NCBI GenBank assembly: GCA_016721625.1
Contig: JADKHR010000001.1
Span: 2,419,807-2,483,806 of the forward strand
DNA: 64,000 nucleotides
Origin: Elusimicrobiota bacterium
Lineage (GTDB): Bacteria > Elusimicrobiota > Elusimicrobia > FEN-1173
Direction: 5' to 3'
Below the pieces are notes generated by a model, which was not told the origin of the DNA, made no database searches, and worked only from the letters and a program-made list of their open reading frames with translations. The translations under genes and the position numbers were made by a program. This document shows positions 26,247-36,978 of this stretch, piece after piece; within the stretch, counting starts at the first letter, position 1, and each line of letters starts with the position of its first letter.

Positions 26247-28004
26247 ATGGCTACCGCCGCCACACCGCCGGAAACGCGCTTTTTTAAGGGAGTCTCGGCC
26301 TCGCCCGGGATCGCCATCGGGAAGGCTTTCGTGCTGGAAGACATGGACCTGGCGGTGGGGCGTTGGCACGTACCGCCGGAAGCCGTGAAGGCCGAGGTCT
26401 CCCGGTTCCGCGCGGCCGTGGCCGACACGCGGAAGGAAATGATCGGCACCCAACAAAAGATCTTGAAGCTCCTCGGTAAAACCCACGCCCGACTGATCGA
26501 AGCCTACCTGTTGATCTTGGAAGATCCTCTTATTTCCAAGGACGTGGTGAAGAACATCACGGCCAACCGCGTGAACGCGGAATACGCGCTTTCCGAGGCG
26601 GTCTCCGGTGCGGTCAAAACCTTGGAGGCGGCCACGGATGAATATTTCCGCGAGCGGCGCCACGACGTTTTGGACGTTGGACGGAAAATCCTCCTCCACC
26701 TATTGGGCCACGAGCCCCAGGACTTGGAAGATTTGGACGAGCCTTCCGTCATTGTGGCGCGGAACCTGACCGCCTCCGACACCGTCCACATGAAGGCTCA
26801 ATTCGCCGAGGGGTTCGCCACCGATATTGGCGGCCGCACGAGCCACACCGCGATCCTCGCCAATTCGCTCGAAATCCCGGCCGTGGTGGGCCTGCACGAA
26901 ATCACCCGCCACGTCCGCCCCGGCGACATGATGATCGTCGACGGCCACACCGGGACGGTGATCCTGAACCCCTTGCCGGACGTGGTCGACAACTACCGCC
27001 GCGAACGGGACATTCGGGACGCCGAACGCCGGGATTTGGAGCGGTTGAGGGACCAACCTGCCCAGACTTTGGACGGCCGTCGGATCACCTTGGCCGGCAA
27101 CATCGATTCCCCCGGCGAGATCAAAAATCTTCTGGCCAACGGCGCCGAAGGGGTGGGTCTCTACCGGACGGAATTCCTTTACATGAACCGGGAGACCCTG
27201 CCGGACGAGGAAGACCATTACCGGTTTTACTCCAAGGTGGCCCAATCCGTCCTGCCGCACCCGGTGATCCTGCGAACCTTGGACATCGGCGGCGACAAGT
27301 TGGTGGATCTCGGTTTCCCGGAACTGAACAAAAGCGAACCGAACCCGTTTTTGGGTTTGCGCGGCATTCGCCTGGCCCTGAGGCACCCGGATATTTTCAG
27401 GACCCAAATTCGGGCCATCCTGCGGGCGTCGGCCCATGGGAAAGTGCGGGTGATGTTTCCTATGGTGTCGGGCCTGGAAGAGTTCCGCGCGGCCCGGAAA
27501 ATCGTCGACGAATGCATGGAAGAACTTCGCAAGAAGAACATCGCCTTCGACGAAAAAATCGAGGTCGGTTTAATGATCGAGGTCCCCTCCGCGGCGTTGG
27601 TGGTGGACTATTTGGCCAAGGAAGCGGATTTTATGTCCATCGGGACTAACGACCTCATTCAATACACTCTCGCCGTGGACCGGGTGAACGACGAGGTGGC
27701 CCACCTCTACGAGCCGCTCCATCCGGCGATCCTTCGGCTCATCCACCAAACCGTGAAAGCCGCCCATGCGGCCGGCAAATGGGTGGGCATGTGCGGAGAA
27801 ATGGCCGGGGACGCGGAGATGACCGTCATCCTGCTGGGGTTGGAGCTGGACGAGTTGTCTGTCTCCCCGGGCATGGTGCCTAAAATCAAGAAGGCCATCC
27901 GGGACATCAAATTTTCCGATTGCCAGGCTTTGGTGGCGGACGTGATGAAAGACCCTTCCCGGGACAACGTTCAAAACCTCATCCGCCGGTTTCGGAACCG
28001 GTAG
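26247..28004 (+). CDS. ptsI: phosphoenolpyruvate-protein phosphotransferase (Enzyme I)
   Basis: GGRTSHTAILA active His, CGEMAGD C-terminal motif. Confidence 0.9.
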   Translation: MATAATPPETRFFKGVSASPGIAIGKAFVLEDMDLAVGRWHVPPEAVKAEVSRFRAAVADTRKEMIGTQQKILKLLGKTHARLIEAYLLILEDPLISKDVVKNITANRVNAEYALSEAVSGAVKTLEAATDEYFRERRHDVLDVGRKILLHLLGHEPQDLEDLDEPSVIVARNLTASDTVHMKAQFAEGFATDIGGRTSHTAILANSLEIPAVVGLHEITRHVRPGDMMIVDGHTGTVILNPLPDVVDNYRRERDIRDAERRDLERLRDQPAQTLDGRRITLAGNIDSPGEIKNLLANGAEGVGLYRTEFLYMNRETLPDEEDHYRFYSKVAQSVLPHPVILRTLDIGGDKLVDLGFPELNKSEPNPFLGLRGIRLALRHPDIFRTQIRAILRASAHGKVRVMFPMVSGLEEFRAARKIVDECMEELRKKNIAFDEKIEVGLMIEVPSAALVVDYLAKEADFMSIGTNDLIQYTLAVDRVNDEVAHLYEPLHPAILRLIHQTVKAAHAAGKWVGMCGEMAGDAEMTVILLGLELDELSVSPGMVPKIKKAIRDIKFSDCQALVADVMKDPSRDNVQNLIRRFRNR

Positions 28005-28019
28005 GTCTTCTTCCCCTCC

Positions 28020-29829
28020 ATGGACATTTCGCGCATCCGCAATTTTTCCATTATCGCCCACATCGACCACGGCAAGAGCACCTTGGCCGACCGATTGCTG
28101 GAGGCCACCGGCACCGTTCAGCGGCGGGAAATGCGCGCCCAGATCCTGGACGGGATGGAGCTGGAGCGGGAGCGCGGCATCACGATCAAGGCCAAAGCCG
28201 TGCGCATGACGTGGACCTTTCAGGGACAAGAGTATCTCTTGAATTTGATCGACACGCCAGGCCACGTGGACTTTTCCTCCGAGGTGAGCCGCGCCATGGC
28301 CGCCTGCGAAGGGGCCCTTCTCCTGGTGGACGCGAGCCAGGGGGTCGAGGCCCAGACCCTCGCCAACGCTCAAATGGCCTTGGACGCCGGGCTCACGCTG
28401 ATCCCCGTCATCAATAAAATCGACCTTCCCTCGGCGGATCCGGAAGGCGTCAAAAAACAGCTTCGGGAATCTCTGGGGTTGGACGGCCCCTATTTCCCGG
28501 CCAGCGCCAAGGAAGGGAAAGGCGTGCCTGAAATTTTGCAGGCCATCATCGAACGCGTCCCGCCGCCCGTGGGCGACCCGGACAAGCCGCTCTCGGCGTT
28601 GGTTTTCGATTCGGTTTACGATTCTTATCGCGGCGTCATTGTGTACGTCCGGCTCCTGGACGGCGTGCTGAAGCCCGGGCTTAAAGTGCGGTTCATGGCT
28701 GGGGGAATTGTGAACGAAGTGGAAGAGGTGGGGCACCTGCAACTCAAATACGTCAAGGCGGGGTCGCTTTCGGCCGGCGAAGCCGGTTATGTGGTCTGCG
28801 GGATCAAGGACATTCATCAGGTGCAGGTGGGCGACACCATCACGGAACACGCGAGGCCGACCAGCACGCCCCATGTGGGCTATCGGGAGATGAAACCGTT
28901 CGTCTTCGCCGGGTTCTACCCCATCGCCCAGGCCGACTACGAGAATTTGAAAAAGGCCATCGACAAACTGAATTTGGAGGACGCCGCGTTTTTCCATCAG
29001 CCGGAAACGTCCGTGGCGTTGGGGTTTGGGTTTCGTTGCGGGTTTTTGGGGCTCCTCCACATGGACATCATTCAGGAGCGGATCCGGCGGGAGTTTGACG
29101 TGGATCTCCTGGTGACGGCTCCGACGGTGGTTTACCGGGTCACCTCGCAAAACGGGAAAACGGCCGAGTATGACAGCCCCGCCAAGTTTCCTCCCTACGG
29201 CGACATCCGCGTGATCGAGGAACCCTACGTTCTGGCGACCGTGGTGGTCCCCTCTGAATTCGTCGGGCCGGTCATGCAATTGTGCCAAGACCGGCGCGGC
29301 CAGTTCGTCGACATGCGTTACTTGACTCCCACCCGCGTGGTTTTGAAATACGAAACGCCATTGGCGGAGGTCGTCGTGGATTTCTACGACGCTTTGAAAT
29401 CTATTTCGAAAGGCTACGCCTCCTTCGATTACGAGCACGTGGGCTACCGGGTAGGCGACCTCCTCCGGATGGACATTTTGATCAACGAGGAGGAGGTGGA
29501 CGCCTTCTCCTTCGTCGTGCCCGCCGTCGCGGCTCCCTACCGGGGCGTGAGATTTGCGAACGGTTGCGGGAACTGATCCCCGCCAGATGTTCGAGATCCC
29601 CATTCAAGCGAAACTCGGCGGACGGATCATCGCCCGGGAATCCGTTCGCGCCATGCGCAAAGACGTCTTGGCGAAATGTTACGGCGGCGACATTTCCCGC
29701 AAACGGAAACTGTTGGAAAAACAAAAAGAAGGAAAAAAACGCATGCGCCAGTTCGGCGCCGTGGAAATTCCGCAGGAAGCCTTCCTCGCCGTTCTCCGGC
29801 GCGACGACGGCGGAGCCAAAAAGGATTAA
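28020..29829 (+). CDS. lepA: elongation factor 4 (LepA); C-terminus spread over three frames by two 1-nt losses (~29542-29545 G run and ~29578-29581 C run)
   Basis: G1 AHIDHGKST; ORFs 28020..29576, 29282.., 29554..29829; restoring two bases gives [28 protein letters not shown]. Confidence 0.8.
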
Positions 29830-29843
29830 AGGAAAAGGCACCC

Positions 29844-31121
29844 ATGGAAGAAAAACTGTTTTGGATTTCGCTCGTCAGCGGGATTTATGCCTACGCGTTC
29901 AAGCGGTTTTTTCAAAGCAAGGAACGGTTGGCGGATCCTCGCGGCGTTATCTTGTTGAACGGGCTGTTTTGGGCTTTTGTCGGGGTGGCGGCGGGGTTTC
30001 TGCTGGCCTCCTACAAAGAATTAGACACGCTGACCTGGCCCATCGGCGTCGCTTGCGCCGCCGCGGGGGGGCTGTTGGGCGCCCTCTGGGTTCTGCCCAC
30101 GCGGCTTAAACCGGAGGGGATTCAGAGTCTTTGGGCCCTCCAGGGCATGGTGTTCTCGGCGGCCGTGGGCGGGGTGATGGGGGTCGGGCGCGGCGGCCTG
30201 GCCCTGGGAATCGGCGGGTTGGGGGTTCTCGGGTTGGCCGCGGGGCAGTTGGTTCGGACGGCTTCGGCGCCGGTGGCGAAAGCTTCGGTGTCCGGGTTCC
30301 TGGCGGGGTTGGGGGGGCTGGCCGGGTTTTGGTTGAGCGGGGCGGGGGGGGCGGAACCGTCGCTCTTGATGATCCTGGGGCTGGGGGCGTGCGGCTACGT
30401 GCTGGGGAACGGGTGGCGGCCGCGGCTTCAATGGAAGGCGGAGGAAAACGGTGTTCTCCTGCGGGAAAGCCAGGAGTGGGCGGACACCGGATTTTCCGCC
30501 ATCCTGCTCGCCGCCGTGATCATGTTTTTCCTGGTTCAGGCTTTCAAGATCCCGTCTGGGTCCATGCGAAGCACCCTTTTGGAAGGGGACCACCTCTTCG
30601 TCAACAAGTTCATTTACGGCGTGCGAATTCCCTACACCAACCGACGGGTCTTGCGATGGAAAAAGGTTCAGCGGGGCGACGTGGTGGTTTTCCGTTTTCC
30701 GGCGGTGGATCGCACCAGCCCCCATTACGGGAAAGATTTCATTAAACGCGCCATCGCCCTTCCCGGCGATACCGTGGAGATCAAAGACAAGCGGGTGTTT
30801 GTGAACGGTGTCCAGCAGGTGGAACCTTACGCCCAATGGGAAGACAATTTCCTCATCCCCGGGCCCGATGAATTCAAGAAAGATCCGGCTGTATTTCAAG
30901 AAATATGGGTCGCCCGCAAGGCTTCCCTGAGCCCCGCGGGGGAAAATGTGCGGGACAATTTCGGACCCATTGTTGTGCCGCCGGGCAACTATTTCGTGAT
31001 GGGGGACAACCGGGACCGGTCCTACGACGCCCGGTTCTGGGGGCCCATGCCCGACGCCAACCTGAAGGGCCGCGCCTGGCTCCTTTACCTTCCCTTTCGC
31101 CGCTGGAAAATCATCCGCTGA
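29844..31121 (+). CDS. lepB: signal peptidase I with ~170-aa N-terminal polytopic extension
   Basis: catalytic IPSGSMRSTL and GDNRDRSYDARFWG boxes. Confidence 0.8.
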   Translation: MEEKLFWISLVSGIYAYAFKRFFQSKERLADPRGVILLNGLFWAFVGVAAGFLLASYKELDTLTWPIGVACAAAGGLLGALWVLPTRLKPEGIQSLWALQGMVFSAAVGGVMGVGRGGLALGIGGLGVLGLAAGQLVRTASAPVAKASVSGFLAGLGGLAGFWLSGAGGAEPSLLMILGLGACGYVLGNGWRPRLQWKAEENGVLLRESQEWADTGFSAILLAAVIMFFLVQAFKIPSGSMRSTLLEGDHLFVNKFIYGVRIPYTNRRVLRWKKVQRGDVVVFRFPAVDRTSPHYGKDFIKRAIALPGDTVEIKDKRVFVNGVQQVEPYAQWEDNFLIPGPDEFKKDPAVFQEIWVARKASLSPAGENVRDNFGPIVVPPGNYFVMGDNRDRSYDARFWGPMPDANLKGRAWLLYLPFRRWKIIR

Positions 31122-31190
31122 CGTTTCCTTTTTTTTGTAGAGAGGGGTGGCTCGAAATTAAGCCTCTCTCCTGCACGGCGGAGGGGTTCC

Positions 31191-32309
31191 ATGAAAACCG
31201 ATCCTGAAAAATCCACGGGGCTCTACCTTCATATTCCCTTTTGTTCGGTCAAATGCCGGTTTTGTGATTTCGCGGCTTACCCCGGACGCTTAAAGGATAT
31301 TCCTCGCTATCTCGCCGCGTTGGCGCGGGAGATCGAGCGACGGGCGCGGGAATTTCCTGGGCGCATGTTGGACACGTTTTACGTGGGGGGAGGGACGCCG
31401 TCCCTTCTGGAGCCCAGCGACTGGCGGGGTCTTATGGCCGGGGTGCGGGCGGGTTTTTCGACGGACCCGCCATGGGAAGCTTCCCTGGAATGCAACCCCG
31501 ACGGTGTCACGGCGGAAAAACTCGCCGTTTGGAGGGAGTTGGGGATCAACCGCCTCAGTTTCGGGCTTCAATCGGACGAACCCTCCTTGCTCGCCGCCTT
31601 GGGCCGCACCCATTCCTGGGAAGATTTCCAACACGTGTTTCGCGCGGCCCGCGCGGCGGGGTTCTCCAACTTAAACGCCGATTTAATGTTCGGGCTTCCG
31701 GGACAAACCCGGGCGGGGTGGGCGCGCACCCTCGGGCGGGTGTTGGAGTTGGAGCCGGACCATGTGTCGACCTACGGGCTCCAGGTGGAAGAATCCACCT
31801 ATTTCCACCGGTCAGGTGTTCAGGCGGACGACGATCTTCAAGCGGATATGTATGAGGATGCCGCGAACGCGCTCGAAACCGCCGGGTTCATCCACTACGA
31901 AATTTCCAATTTCGCCCGACCGGGTTTTGAATGCCGGCACAACCTTCGCTATTGGCGCAACCAGCCTTGTTTGGGCGCCGGTGTTTCCGCCGCGTGGTAC
32001 GACGGGACCACGCGCCGCACCAACACGGAGGATCTCACGGCGTATATGGAATCGGTGGAAAAAAACGGTGTCTACGACGCCGAAGCCGTCCAACTGGGCC
32101 CCGACCAACGGGAGGGGGAAAACCTGATGCTCGCCCTTCGCTTGAAGGAGGGCGTGGTCCCCTCCGCGGAGGCCCTGTCCCTTTATGGCCACGTTCTCTA
32201 TCGGTCCGTCCGGGAAGGGTTGCTCTTAAAAGAGGGCGACCGGTATGGTCCCACGCGGCTCGGCTGGCGCCTTTCCAACCGCATATTCGTCGATCTCCTG
32301 GGCAAGTGA
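31191..32309 (+). CDS. hemW: radical SAM heme chaperone HemW (HemN-like)
   Basis: CSVKCRFCDF cluster motif; HemN C-terminal domain. Confidence 0.8.
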   Translation: MKTDPEKSTGLYLHIPFCSVKCRFCDFAAYPGRLKDIPRYLAALAREIERRAREFPGRMLDTFYVGGGTPSLLEPSDWRGLMAGVRAGFSTDPPWEASLECNPDGVTAEKLAVWRELGINRLSFGLQSDEPSLLAALGRTHSWEDFQHVFRAARAAGFSNLNADLMFGLPGQTRAGWARTLGRVLELEPDHVSTYGLQVEESTYFHRSGVQADDDLQADMYEDAANALETAGFIHYEISNFARPGFECRHNLRYWRNQPCLGAGVSAAWYDGTTRRTNTEDLTAYMESVEKNGVYDAEAVQLGPDQREGENLMLALRLKEGVVPSAEALSLYGHVLYRSVREGLLLKEGDRYGPTRLGWRLSNRIFVDLLGK

Positions 32310-32405
32310 ATCATTCGGGTTAAGAAGGATGAGGACGAAGCTGCGGGGGGAACATTCCAGCATAGTATAATAGTGAAGGGCGTCCCCCTGTGGGATAGAA
32401 TTTGT

Positions 32406-32434
32406 TTGACAGGGGGGCGGGGGTGTGTTATACT
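32406..32434 (+). promoter_or_regulatory. sigma70-like promoter TTGACA-17-TATACT for hrcA operon
   Basis: read directly. Confidence 0.6.
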
Positions 32435-32435
32435 G

Positions 32436-32462
32436 TTAGCACTCGGAAGGTTTGAGTGCTAA
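32436..32462 (+). promoter_or_regulatory. CIRCE operator TTAGCACTC-N9-GAGTGCTAA (perfect consensus)
   Basis: read directly, immediately upstream of hrcA ATG. Confidence 0.9.
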
Positions 32463-32465
32463 TTA

Positions 32466-33551
32466 ATGAGATCCCTTTCCACCATTGAGCAGGAAGAGCG
32501 GAAGCGGCGGTTGCTTCAGGCCGTTATCCACCAATACATCAAGACGGGGAAGCCCGTGGGGTCGGCTTTTATCGCGGGGCGGAAGGAACTGGAACTTTCC
32601 CCGGCGACCATCCGGAACATTATGGGAGAGCTGGAGCGGGAGGGGTTTTTGACCCATCCCCACACCTCGGCGGGGCGCGTGCCCACGGACAAGGCCTATC
32701 GATTTTATGTGGACAGTTTGGTGGAGCTCCAACAGTTGGCCATCAAAGAGGAAGAGCGGATCCGCCGGGAACACGAAGCGCGGGTTCGGGAGGTGGAAGA
32801 GCTCATGCTTTCGACCTCCAAAACCCTTTCGGTTCTCTCAAACTTCACGGGGTTCGTGACGTCGCCGGGGATCGACCAGTCTCGGCTTCAGCACATGGAG
32901 CTGATTCCCTTGGACGAGCGGCGGTTGTTGGCGGTTCTGGTCAGCGACGCGGGGGTGGTGAAGCACCGGCAGGTGACCTTCGACGGACCTTATCCCCGGG
33001 AACTTTTGAAACCCTTGGAGCGGATGCTGAACGATCGGCTTCGGGGCCAGCCTTTCGGGCGGGTGCGGGAGACGTTGTTGGACCACATCGATGCTCTTCA
33101 CCAGCGGCAAATCGATTTGATGGAGTTCGCCCGGCACGTCACCGAGGAGGCCTTCGCTTCCGGCGACGTGGGGGACATCTATTTGGAAGGTGCGGGGAAT
33201 ATTCTTTCCCTGCCGGATTTCAGCGGGCAGGAAGACCTTCGCCAGCTGGTTCATTTGCTGGACGAAAAGCGCGCCTTGGGAGATTTGATACGCGAAGACA
33301 TGGCGGAGCCGGCGGTGTCGGCCCGATTCCCGGGGGTTCGGGTGAAGATCGGGTCGGAAAACCGTTCGCCGGATTTAAAGAATTTGAGCTTGATTTCGTC
33401 CAGCTACACCATCGGCACGCGCCAGGTGGGTGTGTTGGGCATCATCGGGCCTCGCCGTATGGAGTATTCCCGCATGATCAGTTTGGTGAACCAAATGGCC
33501 CAGGCGGTGACGGGGGCTTTGAACCGAATGGTGGGAGGATCGGATGAGTGA
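32466..33551 (+). CDS. hrcA: heat-inducible transcription repressor HrcA
   Basis: N-terminal wHTH, full-length HrcA pattern. Confidence 0.9.
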   Translation: MRSLSTIEQEERKRRLLQAVIHQYIKTGKPVGSAFIAGRKELELSPATIRNIMGELEREGFLTHPHTSAGRVPTDKAYRFYVDSLVELQQLAIKEEERIRREHEARVREVEELMLSTSKTLSVLSNFTGFVTSPGIDQSRLQHMELIPLDERRLLAVLVSDAGVVKHRQVTFDGPYPRELLKPLERMLNDRLRGQPFGRVRETLLDHIDALHQRQIDLMEFARHVTEEAFASGDVGDIYLEGAGNILSLPDFSGQEDLRQLVHLLDEKRALGDLIREDMAEPAVSARFPGVRVKIGSENRSPDLKNLSLISSSYTIGTRQVGVLGIIGPRRMEYSRMISLVNQMAQAVTGALNRMVGGSDE

Positions 33552-34134
33552 ATCGAAGGACACCGCGATGTCCGAGGCGGCCCGAGCGGCGGCTGAGGAG
33601 AAAGTTTCGGAATTGGATATTTTGAAGCAGTCCTTAGACGAGGCCAAGCTGAAATCGGCGGATTATTACGATCAGCTCCTCCGTTTAAAGGCGGAGTTCG
33701 ATAATTTTCGCAAACGCATGGAGCGGGAAAAAGCCGACGCCCGCCGCTGGGGGAAAGAGGAGATTGTTCTCCGGTTGGTGTCCCTCATGGACGTGATGGA
33801 ACAGGCCGAATCGGCGGCCCACGGAACGGCGGACATCAAGTCCATCGTGTTGGGGCTGGACATGCTTTACGGGGAGTTTAAACGGCTTTTGAAAGAAGAA
33901 GGTTTGGAGGATGTCCCCGCTACCGTCGGGGAACCTTACGACCATAATGCGCAGGAAGCCGTGGAGACGGTGGAGGAGGATGGGGCGGCGGGGCGGATCC
34001 TTTCGGTGCTTCAGAAAGGGTATCGGTTTCAGGGGGTTCTCTTCCGGCCGGCGCGGGTGAAGGTTTCCAAGAATAAGGGTGCGGGGAATTTGGCTCCTCG
34101 GGAGAAATCCCAGGACGACGCCCCGGCGGTTTAA
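33544..34134 (+). CDS. grpE: nucleotide exchange factor GrpE
   Basis: LRLKAEFDNFRKR signature. Confidence 0.85.
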   Translation: MSESKDTAMSEAARAAAEEKVSELDILKQSLDEAKLKSADYYDQLLRLKAEFDNFRKRMEREKADARRWGKEEIVLRLVSLMDVMEQAESAAHGTADIKSIVLGLDMLYGEFKRLLKEEGLEDVPATVGEPYDHNAQEAVETVEEDGAAGRILSVLQKGYRFQGVLFRPARVKVSKNKGAGNLAPREKSQDDAPAV

Positions 34135-34152
34135 TTTCAAGGAGGATCCAAC

Positions 34153-36039
34153 ATGTCTAAAATCATCGGTATCGACTTGGGAACATCGAATTCGGCGGCG
34201 GCGGTGATGGAAGGCGGCAAGCCCGTCATCATTCCGTCGGCGGAAGGCACCACCTTGGGGGGCAAGGCGTTTCCCAGCTACGTGGCGTTCACGAAAGACG
34301 ATCAACTGCTGGTGGGCGAGCCCGCGCGGCGCCAGGCGGTTTCGAACACGGAAGGAACCGTCTACGCTTTCAAGCGGAAAATGGGGCAGGAGTTCAACTA
34401 TTCCATTCATGGGAAAGACTACACCCCCCAACAGTTGTCGGCGTTTATTCTGCAAAAGATCAAGCGGGACGCCGAAGCCTATCTGGGCGACAAGGTGGAA
34501 AAAGCCGTGATCACTGTGCCCGCTTATTTCAACGACAACCAGCGCCAGGCCACCAAAGACGCCGGAAAGATCGCCGGCTTGGAAGTGGTGCGGTTGGTCA
34601 ACGAACCCACGGCGGCCTCCTTGGCCTATGGATTGGACAAGTCCGGACAGGCCCAGAAAATTCTGGTGTTCGACCTGGGCGGCGGAACCTTGGACGTGAC
34701 CATCATGGACATGGGGTCCATCGAGAAAGAGGCCACGTTTCAGGTGCTCTCCACCTCCGGCGACACCCAGCTGGGCGGAACGGACATGGACAACGTCTTG
34801 ATCGATTTCATCGCCGAGGAGTTCCGGAAGGAAAACGGCATCGATCTGCGGAAGGACAAGATGGCCATGCAGAGGTTTAAAGAAGCGGCCGAAAAATCCA
34901 AGATCGAACTCTCCACGGTGTTGGAGACCGACATCAACCTGCCCTTCATCACGGCGGACGCCTCCGGGCCCAAGCACTTGCAGATGAAGCTCACGCGTTC
35001 CAAGCTCGAGTCTTTGGTTCAGCCGATCATTGACCGATGCAAGCATCCGATGGAGCAGGCGTTGAAAGACGCCGGGCTCTCGGCCGGCCAGATCACGAAA
35101 GTGATCATGGTGGGCGGGCCCACGCGCATGCCCATTGTTTTGAAATTCGTCGAAAGCTACATCGGGCGGAAAATCGAGGGCGGGGTGAACCCCATGGAGT
35201 GCGTGGCCTTGGGCGCCGCCATTCAGGCCGGCGTGTTGGGCGGCGAAGTCAAAGACGTCCTGCTTTTGGACGTGACGCCCCTTTCCTTGGGCCTCGAAAC
35301 CCTGGGCGGCGTCATGACCAAGTTGATCGAGCGGAACACCACGATCCCCATGAAGAAGTCTCAAACCTTCTCGACCGCGTCCGACCAACAGCCGGCCGTG
35401 ACGATCCATGTTTTGCAGGGTGAGCGGCCCCTGGCCAAGGACAACACGTCCCTGGGCCATTTCGACTTGGACGGCATTCCGCCGGCCCCGCGCGGCATGC
35501 CGCAAATCGAGGTGACCTTCGACATCGACGCCAACGGCATCTTGAACGTGAAAGCCTTGGACATGGGCACGAAGAAGGAACAGCACATCACCATCCACGC
35601 CAAGAGCAAGCTCTCCAAAGACGAGGTGGAGAAATTCGTCAAGGAAGCCGAGAAGTTTGCCGACGAGGACAAAAAGAAGGCCCAGGAAATCGAAACCAAA
35701 AACGAGGCCGACGCCGTTGTTTACTCTACGGAAAAGGCCCTAAAAGAGCACGGCGACAAGGTGAGCCAGGACGACCGCATGGCCATCGAGCGCGCGGTGA
35801 CCGACGCCAAAGAGGCGCTGAAGGGCACGGACTTGGACAAGATCAAGAAAACCAAGGAAGACCTGCTTCAGGCTTCCCATAAGTTGGCCGAGGAGGTCTA
35901 CAAGGCGGCTTCCGCCAAGGCCCAGGCCGGGGGAGAAGCGCCGGGCGGGGGGGCCACCGCCGGTGACGCCTCCGCGGGGGGCAACGGGAAAGAAAAGGTG
36001 GTGGACGCGGAGGTGGTGGACGAGGATAAGAAACCCTAG
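34153..36039 (+). CDS. dnaK: chaperone DnaK (Hsp70)
   Basis: [18 protein letters not shown], full length. Confidence 0.95.
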   Translation: MSKIIGIDLGTSNSAAAVMEGGKPVIIPSAEGTTLGGKAFPSYVAFTKDDQLLVGEPARRQAVSNTEGTVYAFKRKMGQEFNYSIHGKDYTPQQLSAFILQKIKRDAEAYLGDKVEKAVITVPAYFNDNQRQATKDAGKIAGLEVVRLVNEPTAASLAYGLDKSGQAQKILVFDLGGGTLDVTIMDMGSIEKEATFQVLSTSGDTQLGGTDMDNVLIDFIAEEFRKENGIDLRKDKMAMQRFKEAAEKSKIELSTVLETDINLPFITADASGPKHLQMKLTRSKLESLVQPIIDRCKHPMEQALKDAGLSAGQITKVIMVGGPTRMPIVLKFVESYIGRKIEGGVNPMECVALGAAIQAGVLGGEVKDVLLLDVTPLSLGLETLGGVMTKLIERNTTIPMKKSQTFSTASDQQPAVTIHVLQGERPLAKDNTSLGHFDLDGIPPAPRGMPQIEVTFDIDANGILNVKALDMGTKKEQHITIHAKSKLSKDEVEKFVKEAEKFADEDKKKAQEIETKNEADAVVYSTEKALKEHGDKVSQDDRMAIERAVTDAKEALKGTDLDKIKKTKEDLLQASHKLAEEVYKAASAKAQAGGEAPGGGATAGDASAGGNGKEKVVDAEVVDEDKKP

Positions 36040-36059
36040 TTCCGCAGGGGTCCTTCGTC

Positions 36060-36966
36060 ATGGCCAAGCGCGATTATTATGAGGTCCTGGGCGTTTCTAA
36101 AACCGCCTCGGCCGATGAGCTGAAGCAGGCTTATCGAAAACTCGCGCTTCAACACCATCCGGATCGGAACCCCGGGAACAAAACCTCCGAGGACAAATCG
36201 GAAAGGGGCCGACTTGCAAGCCGAGCATGTGGTCACGTTGGTGGAGGCGTTCACCGGCACCCAGGCCGCCCTGCGGGTGACCCGCCACGCCGCCTGCGCC
36301 GTTTGCAAGGGGTCCGGGGCCAAGCCCGGCACGTCGGCCAAAACCTGCAGTGATTGCCGCGGCGCCGGCCAGGTCCGCGCCACTCGGGGATTTTTTACCA
36401 TGGCCCAAACCTGTCCCCGATGCCAAGGGTCCGGACAGATGGTGGAAAGCCCCTGCGCCGACTGTCGCGGACAGGGGCACGTCCGCAAAACCGAAAATGT
36501 CACCGTCCGTATTCCCCCGGGGGTGGAGGACGGCACCGCGCTCCGCGTTCCGGGCGGAGGAGAGGCGGGAGGGCGGGGAGCCCCGTCGGGAGATCTCTAC
36601 GTGATCATTCGCGTTCGGGAGGACGAGCGCTTTGAGCGGGAGGCGGAAAACCTTTTAACGGAGCGACACGTGACGGTTCCTTTGGCCGCGTTGGGGGGTG
36701 ACGTGGACGTTCCCACCGTGCAGAAATCCGTCCGCATCCACATCCCGGCCGGCACCCCGTCGGGAGCACTTTTACGCGTGCGCGGCGAAGGCATGCCCGC
36801 GTTGCGCGGCGGCGGACGGGGCGATCTTCTGGTCCGCGTTATCGTCGATACGCCTTCGAAACTTTCCAAAGACCAGCGCCGCCTTCTGGCCGAACTCGCC
36901 AAAACCATGGGCGAAACCGGTATTTCTTCCGAAGAGGGTTTCTTCAAGAACGCTTTCGGCAAGTAG
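36060..36966 (+). pseudogene. dnaJ: dnaJ, internally disrupted: J domain (to ...NKTSEDK) joins out of frame to the Zn-finger/C-terminal part; helices III-IV and G/F region absent
   Basis: ORF 36060..36353 has HPD; ORF 36214..36966 has four CxxCxG repeats and C-terminal domains; junction near 36200-36215. Confidence 0.6.
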
Positions 36967-36978
36967 ATCCACCTTCCT

